Shown here piece after piece: positions 1 through 8,285 of a stretch of DNA of 64,000 nucleotides. The first letter of the stretch is position 1. Each line of letters begins with the position of its first letter. Source of the DNA: a virus; IMG/VR virus record IMGVR_UViG_3300037882_002024, positions 7,245 through 71,244 of that record; one strand, written 5' to 3'. The notes under the pieces are model-generated. The model was given only the letters and a program-made list of their open reading frames with translations. It had not been told where the DNA came from and searched no databases. The translations under genes were made by a program, and so were the position numbers.

Positions 1-297
1 ACGCCGCAGCGCTTTCAAATCGACGCGGGCCGCGTCATCGGCCACGAGCTAGGACACGCGTTCGGCATGCCGCATATCGACGCGGGTAATTGGCTGCAGC
101 CTTTCTACGACGTGAATATCAACGGCCCCAAGGCAGGTGATATTCAGTGGATGCAAGCCAACTACGGCCCGCCCAAGCCGACCGCCAAGCCAAAAGACGA
201 AGTGCTGATGCTCGTTGTTTCGGTCAGCCCCGACGACGTGGCGAAGTATCTCGCGAAGGGATATAAAGTCGTTCGCACGCTCGTCGAGCGCGTCTAA
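1..297 (+). CDS. matrixin/M10-like zinc metalloprotease, C-terminal part (5' truncated by window edge)
   Basis: Frame 1 is open from base 1 and reads ...VIGHELGHAFGMPHIDAGNWLQPFYD...DIQWMQANYG, the metzincin HExxHxxGxxH zinc motif followed by a matrixin-like tail. Confidence 0.8.
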   Translation, partial: TPQRFQIDAGRVIGHELGHAFGMPHIDAGNWLQPFYDVNINGPKAGDIQWMQANYGPPKPTAKPKDEVLMLVVSVSPDDVAKYLAKGYKVVRTLVERV

Positions 298-321
298 AAA
301 ACTCCAGCAAGGGGAACTCAA

Positions 322-2322
322 TTGCGATTCGTTTTACTGTTCATGGCAGCGATGCTGGGGCTGGCGCAACCCGCCCTAGCGCAGTCTGTGGCCATTCGTC
401 CTGCGCCCAAAGATGGCTGGAAATACGCCAAGCCCGAAGGCTTCGCGGTGGCCGAAAACAACGCGCGCGCAGCCAACAACTTTCTGATCGAGCAGAGCAA
501 GCGCGACGAAGCGGCGCTCGCCAAAATCAAGGCCATTGAGCTTACAGCGCTCGACGAAACAACGCGCAAGAATGCAGCTAAGCTCCTGCGCGAGTTCGAG
601 CCACTTGCGCCCTTCATTCGGTTCGCCACATTCTACAACGCGCCCGTGGACCTGTTGGCGGAATGGCGCTCTGACTTTGTTTTTTCTCTCAACCATTTGC
701 ATCGCAAGCAGTCGCTGGTATTGCCCGTGGATGTGCCGGGCACCGAAGGCCGCTTGGTGTGGTGGGATATTCGCGACGCCGGATGGTCGATTGCCGCTGT
801 GCAGGCCGCCTTCGAGCGCGAGCCATTTTGCTTGGCGCCTCACCTACTTGGGGAAACCGCCGCGCGGATGAATCTGCTGCTGGGACTAAAGAATTTTAGT
901 CAAACGCGGCTGCATTGCCTTGGCATGGTGCGCGCCGATTGGCTCATTCGTGAGACAGGCGAGACGCTGCGCAGCACAACCTATTACGACCTGTTCTTTG
1001 CGCCGGAGCGCTTCCCTGAGCTTCCGGGCGCCAAAGGTGGCGATCCGTTTACCGTGGCGCAGGCGCTCGTGCCGGGCCTCAAGCGCCCCAAGGTCAAGCG
1101 CCTTGTGCAAGTCGAGGCCATCGAGAAAGAAACCAAGTGGGAGCCTTACAAGCACACTGGTGGCAAGCTACCGGGCTTCGGCGACAAGGAATACCCGCCC
1201 GGCATGTACGAGCTACCGCGCGAGGTTGAAAAGAAAGTTGTCAAAACGGAAGTGCGCGAGGTTGACGATACTTCACCATCCACGGTCATTGTCCCAAATG
1301 TGCCGCGCGTCTTGAAGGGACTGGGGAGTGCCAACGCCAAGGGGCAGGCTGTCGTAGACTTTCCTCAGAACGAAGGCGAATGGGAGAAGGCCTTCGGCGT
1401 CGATAAGGTCAAGGAGCTACAGAAGGCGCAGGCGCTTGACCTTGAGAACGGCGCCGTCGTGGATGGCTTCGAGGCAGGCGGAAGCATTGTTGCGCGCCAA
1501 AATCGGCTGCTGCTGCGCCTGCCTGCGGTCACAGGAAAAAAATCCAGCTATTACTGGAAGACGTTCGATGCCGACAAGACGCTCGCCGAGCAGAACTATT
1601 TTCAAACGCTTGTCTTCGACTTCAAGTTTAAGGCGGGCGAAGTCATCGCCTCGACGCCTTGTGGCGCACAGGCCTACGGACTGTTCAACAACAAAGGCGA
1701 GCGCGCCGAGTTCGTGCCCGAAGAGCTTGCTATTGATCGCACCGACAAGTACGACCATCGCGTGCGCAACCCCGGCTCGTGCATTGTGTGCCACACGTCA
1801 GGCATCAATGCGCCCGATGACCTTGTCAACAAGTTTTTCAAGCAGGGCGGCATATTCAGCGCCCTGTCGAAAGAAAAGCAAGACAAGGTGAAGACCTACT
1901 TTGTGAAGTGGGAAACGAAGCTACGCGCCGACCAAGAATCGTATGCGGAGTTCGTGAAAGACACCACGAAGCGCACGCCTGCACAGAATGCCTCGTCGTA
2001 TGCGTCGATGCGTGAGTATTACGACGATCCAGTGACGTTGGTGAAAGCGGCCGTGGAGCTAGGAACAACCACGCGCGTCGTGCGTATCTTAGCGCGCAAG
2101 AGCGCCGAAGCGCGCGTTGTGTCCCAAGCCCTCTTGCGACCGTTCCCGGTTCCTCGTACAACATGGGACGGGGAAGTTTTTCCCGTGATGATTCTTCTGA
2201 TGGATGCCTTCCGGTCGGCAGAGATACCGCCCGAAGCGCTCAACGATGAAGAAAGGCTCGCAGAGCTTATCGAGAAAGCGCTGCAAAAACTTAGTAAGCC
2301 GCAAGGCAAGGAAGAAAAATGA
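322..2322 (+). CDS. exported 666-aa protein with a single CxxCH heme c motif (uncharacterised planctomycete-type family)
   Basis: TTG start after AAGGGG RBS; Sec signal peptide ending ALA-Q; GEVIASTPCGAQAYGLFNNKGER...VRNPGSCIVCHTSG. Confidence 0.7.
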   Translation: MRFVLLFMAAMLGLAQPALAQSVAIRPAPKDGWKYAKPEGFAVAENNARAANNFLIEQSKRDEAALAKIKAIELTALDETTRKNAAKLLREFEPLAPFIRFATFYNAPVDLLAEWRSDFVFSLNHLHRKQSLVLPVDVPGTEGRLVWWDIRDAGWSIAAVQAAFEREPFCLAPHLLGETAARMNLLLGLKNFSQTRLHCLGMVRADWLIRETGETLRSTTYYDLFFAPERFPELPGAKGGDPFTVAQALVPGLKRPKVKRLVQVEAIEKETKWEPYKHTGGKLPGFGDKEYPPGMYELPREVEKKVVKTEVREVDDTSPSTVIVPNVPRVLKGLGSANAKGQAVVDFPQNEGEWEKAFGVDKVKELQKAQALDLENGAVVDGFEAGGSIVARQNRLLLRLPAVTGKKSSYYWKTFDADKTLAEQNYFQTLVFDFKFKAGEVIASTPCGAQAYGLFNNKGERAEFVPEELAIDRTDKYDHRVRNPGSCIVCHTSGINAPDDLVNKFFKQGGIFSALSKEKQDKVKTYFVKWETKLRADQESYAEFVKDTTKRTPAQNASSYASMREYYDDPVTLVKAAVELGTTTRVVRILARKSAEARVVSQALLRPFPVPRTTWDGEVFPVMILLMDAFRSAEIPPEALNDEERLAELIEKALQKLSKPQGKEEK

Positions 2323-3008
2323 TTCGAGCCAAGCTGTTTTGTTTTGTGTCCTGCGCACTGGCGTTCGGGGCATTCATGTTGCCCGGCGACGCGTTGGCGC
2401 AGAATTGCGCTTGTGGCCAGCGTGTTGTTGTGCAGCCGTCGTATAGCGCGCCCGTGACCTATGTGGCACCGGTGGTGCAGCACGCGCCCTATGTGCCGCA
2501 GCAGGCGTTACGTGAAGTCTTTTACATTCCGACGCCGCAGTTAGTGCAAGCGCGTACCGATTATTCCTTCACGGTGCGCGACGAGGATTATGAGAAAAAT
2601 CGTGACGCGCTCTTGGTCGATGCCATCGTGGGTCGTATCATGCAGCTACAGCAAAAGCAAGCGGTGCCGTTGCAGCAAAATCCGCCCGCGCCTTCTGCAA
2701 GTATCCCTTCGGGAAGCGTTCCATTGGTGGCGGCACCACAGGCGAGCAAAAAGGGCGCGCCTGTTGGCCATGTCCCATCCGCAGCCGTGACGAAAATTTT
2801 CGCCGACCGCTGCAATCGTTGCCACGGCGACAACGGCATTGTTCGCGCAGGCCTGAACCTCACGAACCCGGCGAGCCTCACTTTGGAAGATTGGGCCGCA
2901 TGTCATTCGACCTGCGCCGCTCAAGACATGCCGAAGGACGACCGCCCGCTTTCGTCTGAGGAGCTAACGGCGTTGTTCGCCGAGTACAAGGCTGCGAAGA
3001 AAAAATGA
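2319..3008 (+). CDS. exported protein with C-terminal planctomycete-type cytochrome c domain
   Basis: Signal peptide (ALA-Q); KIFADRCNRCHGDNG..AGLNL and distal DMPK Met-ligand-like motif; ATGA overlap with upstream gene. Confidence 0.75.
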   Translation: MIRAKLFCFVSCALAFGAFMLPGDALAQNCACGQRVVVQPSYSAPVTYVAPVVQHAPYVPQQALREVFYIPTPQLVQARTDYSFTVRDEDYEKNRDALLVDAIVGRIMQLQQKQAVPLQQNPPAPSASIPSGSVPLVAAPQASKKGAPVGHVPSAAVTKIFADRCNRCHGDNGIVRAGLNLTNPASLTLEDWAACHSTCAAQDMPKDDRPLSSEELTALFAEYKAAKKK

Positions 3009-3046
3009 GCCGCAAGGTGTGGCTCAAAGGTAGTTGAGGGAATAGC

Positions 3047-3619
3047 ATGAAACACGTTCTTTTGGCGCTCATGGTTACCGCGCTGGCGGTCATGGGCAGC
3101 AGCAAAGCCCATGCGGGGGACTGCGCCACGGGTGCGCTGGTGGCTCCGCAGATTCAGTACCAGCCGATCCAGACGATCCAGTTGCAGCAAGTGCAGCCGG
3201 TCGTTCATCACGTGCAGACTGTCCAGCCCGTGATCGTGCAACAACAAGTGTCGCCGCAGCAATACTTCCGCGCGCGCACCTACGCACCGGCCCAGCCGGT
3301 TATCTTGCAGCAACAAGCGCCCGTCGTCCACCAGCGGCAGTTCGCGCAAGTGCAGCAACAACAATTTTACCAACAAGCGCAACCGATCTATGCGCAACCT
3401 CAGCGCCAAGTTTTCGGCCAACGCCAAGCCTTCCGGCAGCCGCAGCGCCAAGCGTTGGGGGCAGGCAATAACGTGCTAGGTGGCTTGCTCAGCCCCCAAG
3501 GCATCTTGACTATCGGCGGCGCCGCTCTTGGCGCGTCTCTGTCTGGCGGCTTGGGAGCGCCCGCAGGGGCAGCGATTGGCGCGGGCCTTGGCCAGATCAT
3601 CGGCGGCTTGGGCCGGTAA
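3047..3619 (+). CDS. exported Gln-rich low-complexity protein with C-terminal glycine-zipper-like segment
   Basis: GAGGG RBS; signal peptide (AHA-G); Q/V/P-rich core; GGAALGASLSGGLGAPAGAAIGAGLG tail. Confidence 0.65.
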   Translation: MKHVLLALMVTALAVMGSSKAHAGDCATGALVAPQIQYQPIQTIQLQQVQPVVHHVQTVQPVIVQQQVSPQQYFRARTYAPAQPVILQQQAPVVHQRQFAQVQQQQFYQQAQPIYAQPQRQVFGQRQAFRQPQRQALGAGNNVLGGLLSPQGILTIGGAALGASLSGGLGAPAGAAIGAGLGQIIGGLGR

Positions 3620-3648
3620 ACGGGGCTGTTGAACAGAGAGAAGCGTGG

Positions 3649-3677
3649 GCGCAGGTCGAAAGGCCTGCGCTTTTTTT
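3649..3677 (+). terminator. intrinsic terminator
   Basis: GCGCAGGTC-GAAA-GGCCTGCGC stem-loop followed by T7. Confidence 0.85.
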
Positions 3678-3691
3678 GACCAATTCTAAAA

Positions 3692-3729
3692 AAAAAATAG
3701 TTGACAGGGCATGGGAGTGCGTGTAGAAT
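3692..3729 (+). promoter_or_regulatory. sigma70-type cassette promoter
   Basis: A-tract-TAG-TTGACA(3701)-17 bp-TAGAAT; box at 3761; ACCGAGGCAGG RBS at 3779. Confidence 0.9.
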
Positions 3730-3791
3730 ACCCTCACAAGGCAAGCACAACGCAAGCCAACTAAAAAGTTTTAGTCACACCGAGGCAGGCC

Positions 3792-5069
3792 ATGAAATTA
3801 GCACGACCAGCAAATTGCAATCGTTGCGGGAAGCGAATGGTAGCAGGCAGCAATGTGATCGCCGACGCGTTGGGCGGCTGGTGTCATGCAGGCTACTGTT
3901 CGGCATCCCGCAGCCCCGTTGACGAGCTTGATGGCCTGATTGATGACACGCTCCCAGCTTCGACAGGTGACGCTGCGGATGTTGCTGCAATGGTCGTCAC
4001 CGCGAGCGCAGGCGCTTCGGTAGCCAGCGTGAAGCAGGAAGTATCATTTCAACTTGCAGGCATCAAGAAAGACCTTGAGGGGCAAGTGCATCGCCGCCTC
4101 GAAACAACTTTCAACGAGCAGATTCCCGTTGTGGTGGCCGACATCAAGCGCAGCGTGCAAAGCGGCGTGTCGCCTGTGTTGCAAGAGATGCTGGGGCAGG
4201 CTATCACCGACATGAAGGTGGAGCAACGCCGCCAGATTGCACAGTTCCTCAATCAGGGCATCGTTCGCCAAGAAATTATCATCATCGACGGGCTTACCAA
4301 GCGCGAGATGAAGGGCGAAGTATTTCACGCACGCTTCGAGTGGGTCTTAAAGCTGGCCCGCGCAGGCAAACCGATCTTCATTCCGGGGCCGACGGGGGCA
4401 GGCAAGACGCACTTAGCCGAGCAGGTAGCACGCGCGCTGGGGCTGCAGTTCGGTATGATTAGCTGCTCGCCGGGGATGACCGAAAGCAAGCTCACCGGGC
4501 GCTCGATCCCTAACATTTCCACGGGCGAGGAAGTCTTTCGGACAACAGAGTTCATTAAATGCTACGAAGACGGCGGCGTGTTCCTCTTCGATGAAATGGA
4601 CGCCGCCGACCCTACCGTGCTGCTTGTCATCAATGCAGCCCTTGCGAACGGCATGCTACCGTTGCCCGAACGCAAGGATAAGCCCATCGCGAAGCGCCAT
4701 AAAAACTTTGTGTGTATCGCTGCAGCAAACACGTGGGGCACCGGGGCCGACCGGCAGTATGTAGGCCGCAACCGTCTCGACGAAGCAACGCTCGACCGCT
4801 TCCGCATTGGTATTGTGCCTGTCGATTACTCGCCTGCGGTCGAGCGCCACCTGTGCCCGGACGGCGACCTGTACGACCTGCTGCTCAAGTGGCGTGAAGG
4901 CATCCGCGCGAACCGCTTGGAGCGCGTGCTATCGACGCGCTTCATTCGAGACGCTCACGACATGCTCCAGATCGGGGCCTCGTATGCCGAGATTGCTCAC
5001 GCGTTCTTCTCTGGCTGGCCTGCAGAGCAAGTGCGTAAGGTTTACGGCGGTGACCTGCCTGCGCTCTAG
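3792..5069 (+). CDS. MoxR/CbbQ/CobS-like AAA+ ATPase
   Basis: Walker A GPTGAGKT, Walker B FLFDEMD, AANTWGTGADRQYVGRNRLDEATLDRF sensor/Arg-finger region. Confidence 0.88.
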   Translation: MKLARPANCNRCGKRMVAGSNVIADALGGWCHAGYCSASRSPVDELDGLIDDTLPASTGDAADVAAMVVTASAGASVASVKQEVSFQLAGIKKDLEGQVHRRLETTFNEQIPVVVADIKRSVQSGVSPVLQEMLGQAITDMKVEQRRQIAQFLNQGIVRQEIIIIDGLTKREMKGEVFHARFEWVLKLARAGKPIFIPGPTGAGKTHLAEQVARALGLQFGMISCSPGMTESKLTGRSIPNISTGEEVFRTTEFIKCYEDGGVFLFDEMDAADPTVLLVINAALANGMLPLPERKDKPIAKRHKNFVCIAAANTWGTGADRQYVGRNRLDEATLDRFRIGIVPVDYSPAVERHLCPDGDLYDLLLKWREGIRANRLERVLSTRFIRDAHDMLQIGASYAEIAHAFFSGWPAEQVRKVYGGDLPAL

Positions 5070-5090
5070 CAGGCCTTGCCCGGCGGGGAA

Positions 5091-5128
5091 AAAAAATAGT
5101 TGACATTTCCCGCCGGGCCTGCTAGATT
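5091..5128 (+). promoter_or_regulatory. sigma70-type cassette promoter inside an inverted repeat
   Basis: AAAAAATAG-TTGACA(5100)-17-TAGATT; ACCGAGGCAAG at 5147; arms 5067-5091 and 5106-5124 are complementary. Confidence 0.88.
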
Positions 5129-5159
5129 ACTTCTGCCCCACAAACTACCGAGGCAAGAC

Positions 5160-6035
5160 ATGAACATTGAAGCGATTGACGGCGCGGCCTTTGGCAAGCG
5201 CGGCATATTCTGCAAAATGGCCTTTGACGGCATCGAAGACCAAACAGTAACAGCCGTTGCGTCCTACAGCAAATACCGCACGAACTACGAGTCGGACATC
5301 CGCTACGACGACGCGGCGTTTGTCGGCAGGGATTTTGCAAGTTGGAAGGCCGTCTACGACGCGGTTGTTAGTCCGTGGGAAGAGGGGCTTGGCATCGTTG
5401 ATTCGATCCTTGCAGAGCTTGAGGGCAGCCTGCCCAAGCCGAAAGAGATTCGGCGGCGCGGGCGTTGGTCTGAGGAAGGCGGCGAAGAAGTGAGCGTGGA
5501 TCGCTACCGTGCAGGCGAGCCTTTCTTTTACGAGATTGCTCCGCGCCCTGTGTCAGGGCCGCGCCTTGTCACGCTGGTAGTGCAGATCGGTGGCAACTGC
5601 CACTTGGCAAGCCGCGACCTGTTGATGCGAGGGGCCGTGGCGGTGGCATTGTCCCGCATCCTTGAGGACGCAGGCTATCGCACAGAAATTGTGGGCGTGT
5701 CGGCGGCGTTGCGTGCCTACCAAAATGGCGACGGCCTCATCTGCGTGACGAGCATCAAGAAGGCCTCAGACCCGCTCGACGTTGTGGCGTTGACCAACGC
5801 GTTTTCGGGCTGGTATTTCCGCACTGTTTACTTTGCAACCATGCACGCCAATGGCCTGCGTATCGGCTGGGGCCGAGGCTCGTCGTTTAACATTGATCAG
5901 AAAGTAGCCGAGTACGTGGCCACCGGGGCTGCGCGGCCGTGGTTAGTGAGTGGCTTCTACAGCATCGAAGGCGCTGTGGCTGTAGCCAAGGCGCTCTTGG
6001 AGCAATTAGAGAAAGGCTTGGATGATGTGTGTTAA
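5160..6035 (+). CDS. VWA-like partner of the MoxR-type ATPase
   Basis: ATG right after ACCGAGGCAAG; RLVTLVVQIGGNC...RGAVAVALSRILEDAGYRTEI beta-alpha pattern; directly follows the AAA+ gene. Confidence 0.6.
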   Translation: MNIEAIDGAAFGKRGIFCKMAFDGIEDQTVTAVASYSKYRTNYESDIRYDDAAFVGRDFASWKAVYDAVVSPWEEGLGIVDSILAELEGSLPKPKEIRRRGRWSEEGGEEVSVDRYRAGEPFFYEIAPRPVSGPRLVTLVVQIGGNCHLASRDLLMRGAVAVALSRILEDAGYRTEIVGVSAALRAYQNGDGLICVTSIKKASDPLDVVALTNAFSGWYFRTVYFATMHANGLRIGWGRGSSFNIDQKVAEYVATGAARPWLVSGFYSIEGAVAVAKALLEQLEKGLDDVC

Positions 6036-6474
6036 GTGTGAGCAGAACAGCCGCATGAAGCGGCAGTCGCATGTGGAGTATTACCAATGCGAACGTGAAG
6101 GCGTCCTGATGTCGTTCAATGTCTCGGCGGCGCGGGCGCTGCTGGCCGCAAAGCCACGCGCCCAGCGGCGGGTAGCCGTGGCCCCGTTGCACGAGGCTAC
6201 AACGGAAGGCGCTGCTATCCACGAAGGGCATCTGGCGCACGTGGACATGAGCGACCCTGTGTTCCTTGCGCTGGTACACGACCAAGAGCTAGGCGACGAC
6301 GTGGCGTACCTTATCGACGGCTTGCATCGCGTCGAGCGTGCGCAGCGCGAAGGGCGCGACTACATCGAGGCTTTCTTCTTTGAGGCGATCGAGTCTTCGC
6401 AGTTGCTTATTCCGCCCGAAGTCGCTAGTATGCTTGCAGCGCTCGACGCGCCCAACGGAATGCAAAGTCTGTGA
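6022..6474 (+). CDS. ParB/Srx-like domain protein
   Basis: YLIDGLHRVERA matches the ParB/Srx IDGxHR motif. Confidence 0.55.
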   Translation: MMCVKCEQNSRMKRQSHVEYYQCEREGVLMSFNVSAARALLAAKPRAQRRVAVAPLHEATTEGAAIHEGHLAHVDMSDPVFLALVHDQELGDDVAYLIDGLHRVERAQREGRDYIEAFFFEAIESSQLLIPPEVASMLAALDAPNGMQSL

Positions 6475-6498
6475 CTAAAAAATTTTAGCGAGAGGATT

Positions 6499-7131
6499 AT
6501 GGCCAAGAAAAAGAAAGCCGAAAATGCAGCGCCCGTAGACGCTGTGCAGCCGCCCGCCTTGCCTGCGCTGAACGACCCAAAGTTGGCGCATATCATTGCG
6601 CCCCTGCGTCAATTCGCGGTGCGCGCCGACTCGCTCGTGCATGATCCCACGAACGCGCGCGTTCATGGCGAGCGCAACCTGCAAGCAATCTGCGACTCAC
6701 TGAAGCGCTTCGGGCAGGACCAGCCGCTCGTTGTGCAGCGTCAAGGGATGATTGTTCGCAAGGGGAACGGGCGCCTTGAGGCTGCGCGCGCAATGGGCTG
6801 GGAGTACGTCGCCGCCGTGGTAGTCGAAGAGAGTGATTGGGAAGCTGTGGCGCGCGCGCTGGCCGACAACAGATCGGCAGAGCTAGCGCAATGGGATACC
6901 ACTGTTCTCGGCACCCTGTTCGAGAATCTCAAGCAGCGTGGCGTCAAGCATACCGATCTTGGATGGCAGCCAGAAGAGATTGATATGATTTCCTTCGGAG
7001 CAGGTGGCGCAGAAGGCGATTCGGTTGTACGTGATGCTTCGCCGCCTGACTCGTTCCCCGAAGTTGACGAGAATATCAGGACGGATCATGAGTGCCCGAA
7101 ATGCGGCTACAGGTACTCAGGGGGGATATAG
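6499..7131 (+). CDS. ParB N-terminal-domain protein with C-terminal Zn-ribbon
   Basis: DPTNARVH...SLKRFGQDQPLVV...GNGRLEAARAMGW...ADNRSAELAQWD; ends HECPKCGYRYSG. Confidence 0.8.
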   Translation: MAKKKKAENAAPVDAVQPPALPALNDPKLAHIIAPLRQFAVRADSLVHDPTNARVHGERNLQAICDSLKRFGQDQPLVVQRQGMIVRKGNGRLEAARAMGWEYVAAVVVEESDWEAVARALADNRSAELAQWDTTVLGTLFENLKQRGVKHTDLGWQPEEIDMISFGAGGAEGDSVVRDASPPDSFPEVDENIRTDHECPKCGYRYSGGI

Positions 7132-7133
7132 CT

Positions 7134-8285
7134 ATGAAGCCGCCTTATTCTATTCCGTCTATGAGCGAAATTAAAGCCATTCCGTGGAATGGCTTTAATG
7201 TTGCCTCTACATTTAGCGGCTGTGGTGGATCGTGCCTTGGGTATCGCATGGCTGGCTTTAGGGTTGTGTGGGCAAATGAGTTCGTTCCTATCGCTCAGGA
7301 GTCGTACAGGGCTAATTCCACAACAGATTGTTTTTTGGATTGCCGAGATATTAAGCTAGTAAGGCCAGATGATATTTTGCGCCAGACAGGAATTAAAGTC
7401 GGAGAGCTTGATTTGTTTGATGGATCGCCGCCATGTCAAGCGTTCAGCAACGCTGGAGCGCGCGAGAAAGGGTGGGGCAGGAAGAAGAAGTACGAGCATG
7501 GCGCCCAGCAGTGTAACGAGCAGCTTTTTGACGAATATATCCGCTTGCTTCGCGGCTTGCAGCCGAAAGTTTTTGTTGCAGAAAATGTTGCAGGTCTTGT
7601 GCGCGGGACAGCGAAAGGGTTTTTTCTTGACATCCTCAAGAAGCTGAAAGATTCTGGCTATGTAGTATCTTGCAAAGTTCTTGATGCGCAGTGGTTAGGG
7701 GTTCCGCAAACTCGCCAGCGAGTTATTTTTGTTGGTGTCCGTTGCGACTTGGGTCTTTCGCCAAAGCACCCAGCTCCATTATCGTATCAGTACACAATTC
7801 GCGACGCATTGCCGTGGATTGTTAAATCTACATATGACACCAAGGGAATCTTTAGGGTCAAAGAGACCGCAAATAGTCCACACCCGTGTATTACGTGCTC
7901 TAATATGTATCATTTTGAAATAGAGGCAGAAACAGACATTTCCCGCTTTGCAATTGGCAAGGAGTGGGATAAAATTAAAGCTGGCGAGGCGAGCGAAAAA
8001 TACTTCTCTCTCATAAAGGCGCATCCAGATCGTCCGTCGCCGTGTATTTTGGCAAGCCACGGACAGCCCGGAATTGCCAGTGTCGTTCATCCGACAGAGA
8101 AGAGAAAGTTTACCATTGCCGAAGTAAAGCAAATATGTTCTTTCCCTCAAGACTTTAAGTTAGCTGGTAGTTATGCGCAGCAATGGGAGCGCCTCGGAAA
8201 TAGTGTTCCGCCATTGATGGCGTTTCGAGTTGCGGAAGTTGTCCGCGATGAGATACTGGCAAAGGCAGGAAAGCATGCCAATTAA
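7134..8285 (+). CDS. DNA (cytosine-5)-methyltransferase
   Basis: Motif I FSGCGG, IV DGSPPCQAFS, VI AENV, VIII QTRQRVIFVG, X LGNSVPP. Confidence 0.95.
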   Translation: MKPPYSIPSMSEIKAIPWNGFNVASTFSGCGGSCLGYRMAGFRVVWANEFVPIAQESYRANSTTDCFLDCRDIKLVRPDDILRQTGIKVGELDLFDGSPPCQAFSNAGAREKGWGRKKKYEHGAQQCNEQLFDEYIRLLRGLQPKVFVAENVAGLVRGTAKGFFLDILKKLKDSGYVVSCKVLDAQWLGVPQTRQRVIFVGVRCDLGLSPKHPAPLSYQYTIRDALPWIVKSTYDTKGIFRVKETANSPHPCITCSNMYHFEIEAETDISRFAIGKEWDKIKAGEASEKYFSLIKAHPDRPSPCILASHGQPGIASVVHPTEKRKFTIAEVKQICSFPQDFKLAGSYAQQWERLGNSVPPLMAFRVAEVVRDEILAKAGKHAN

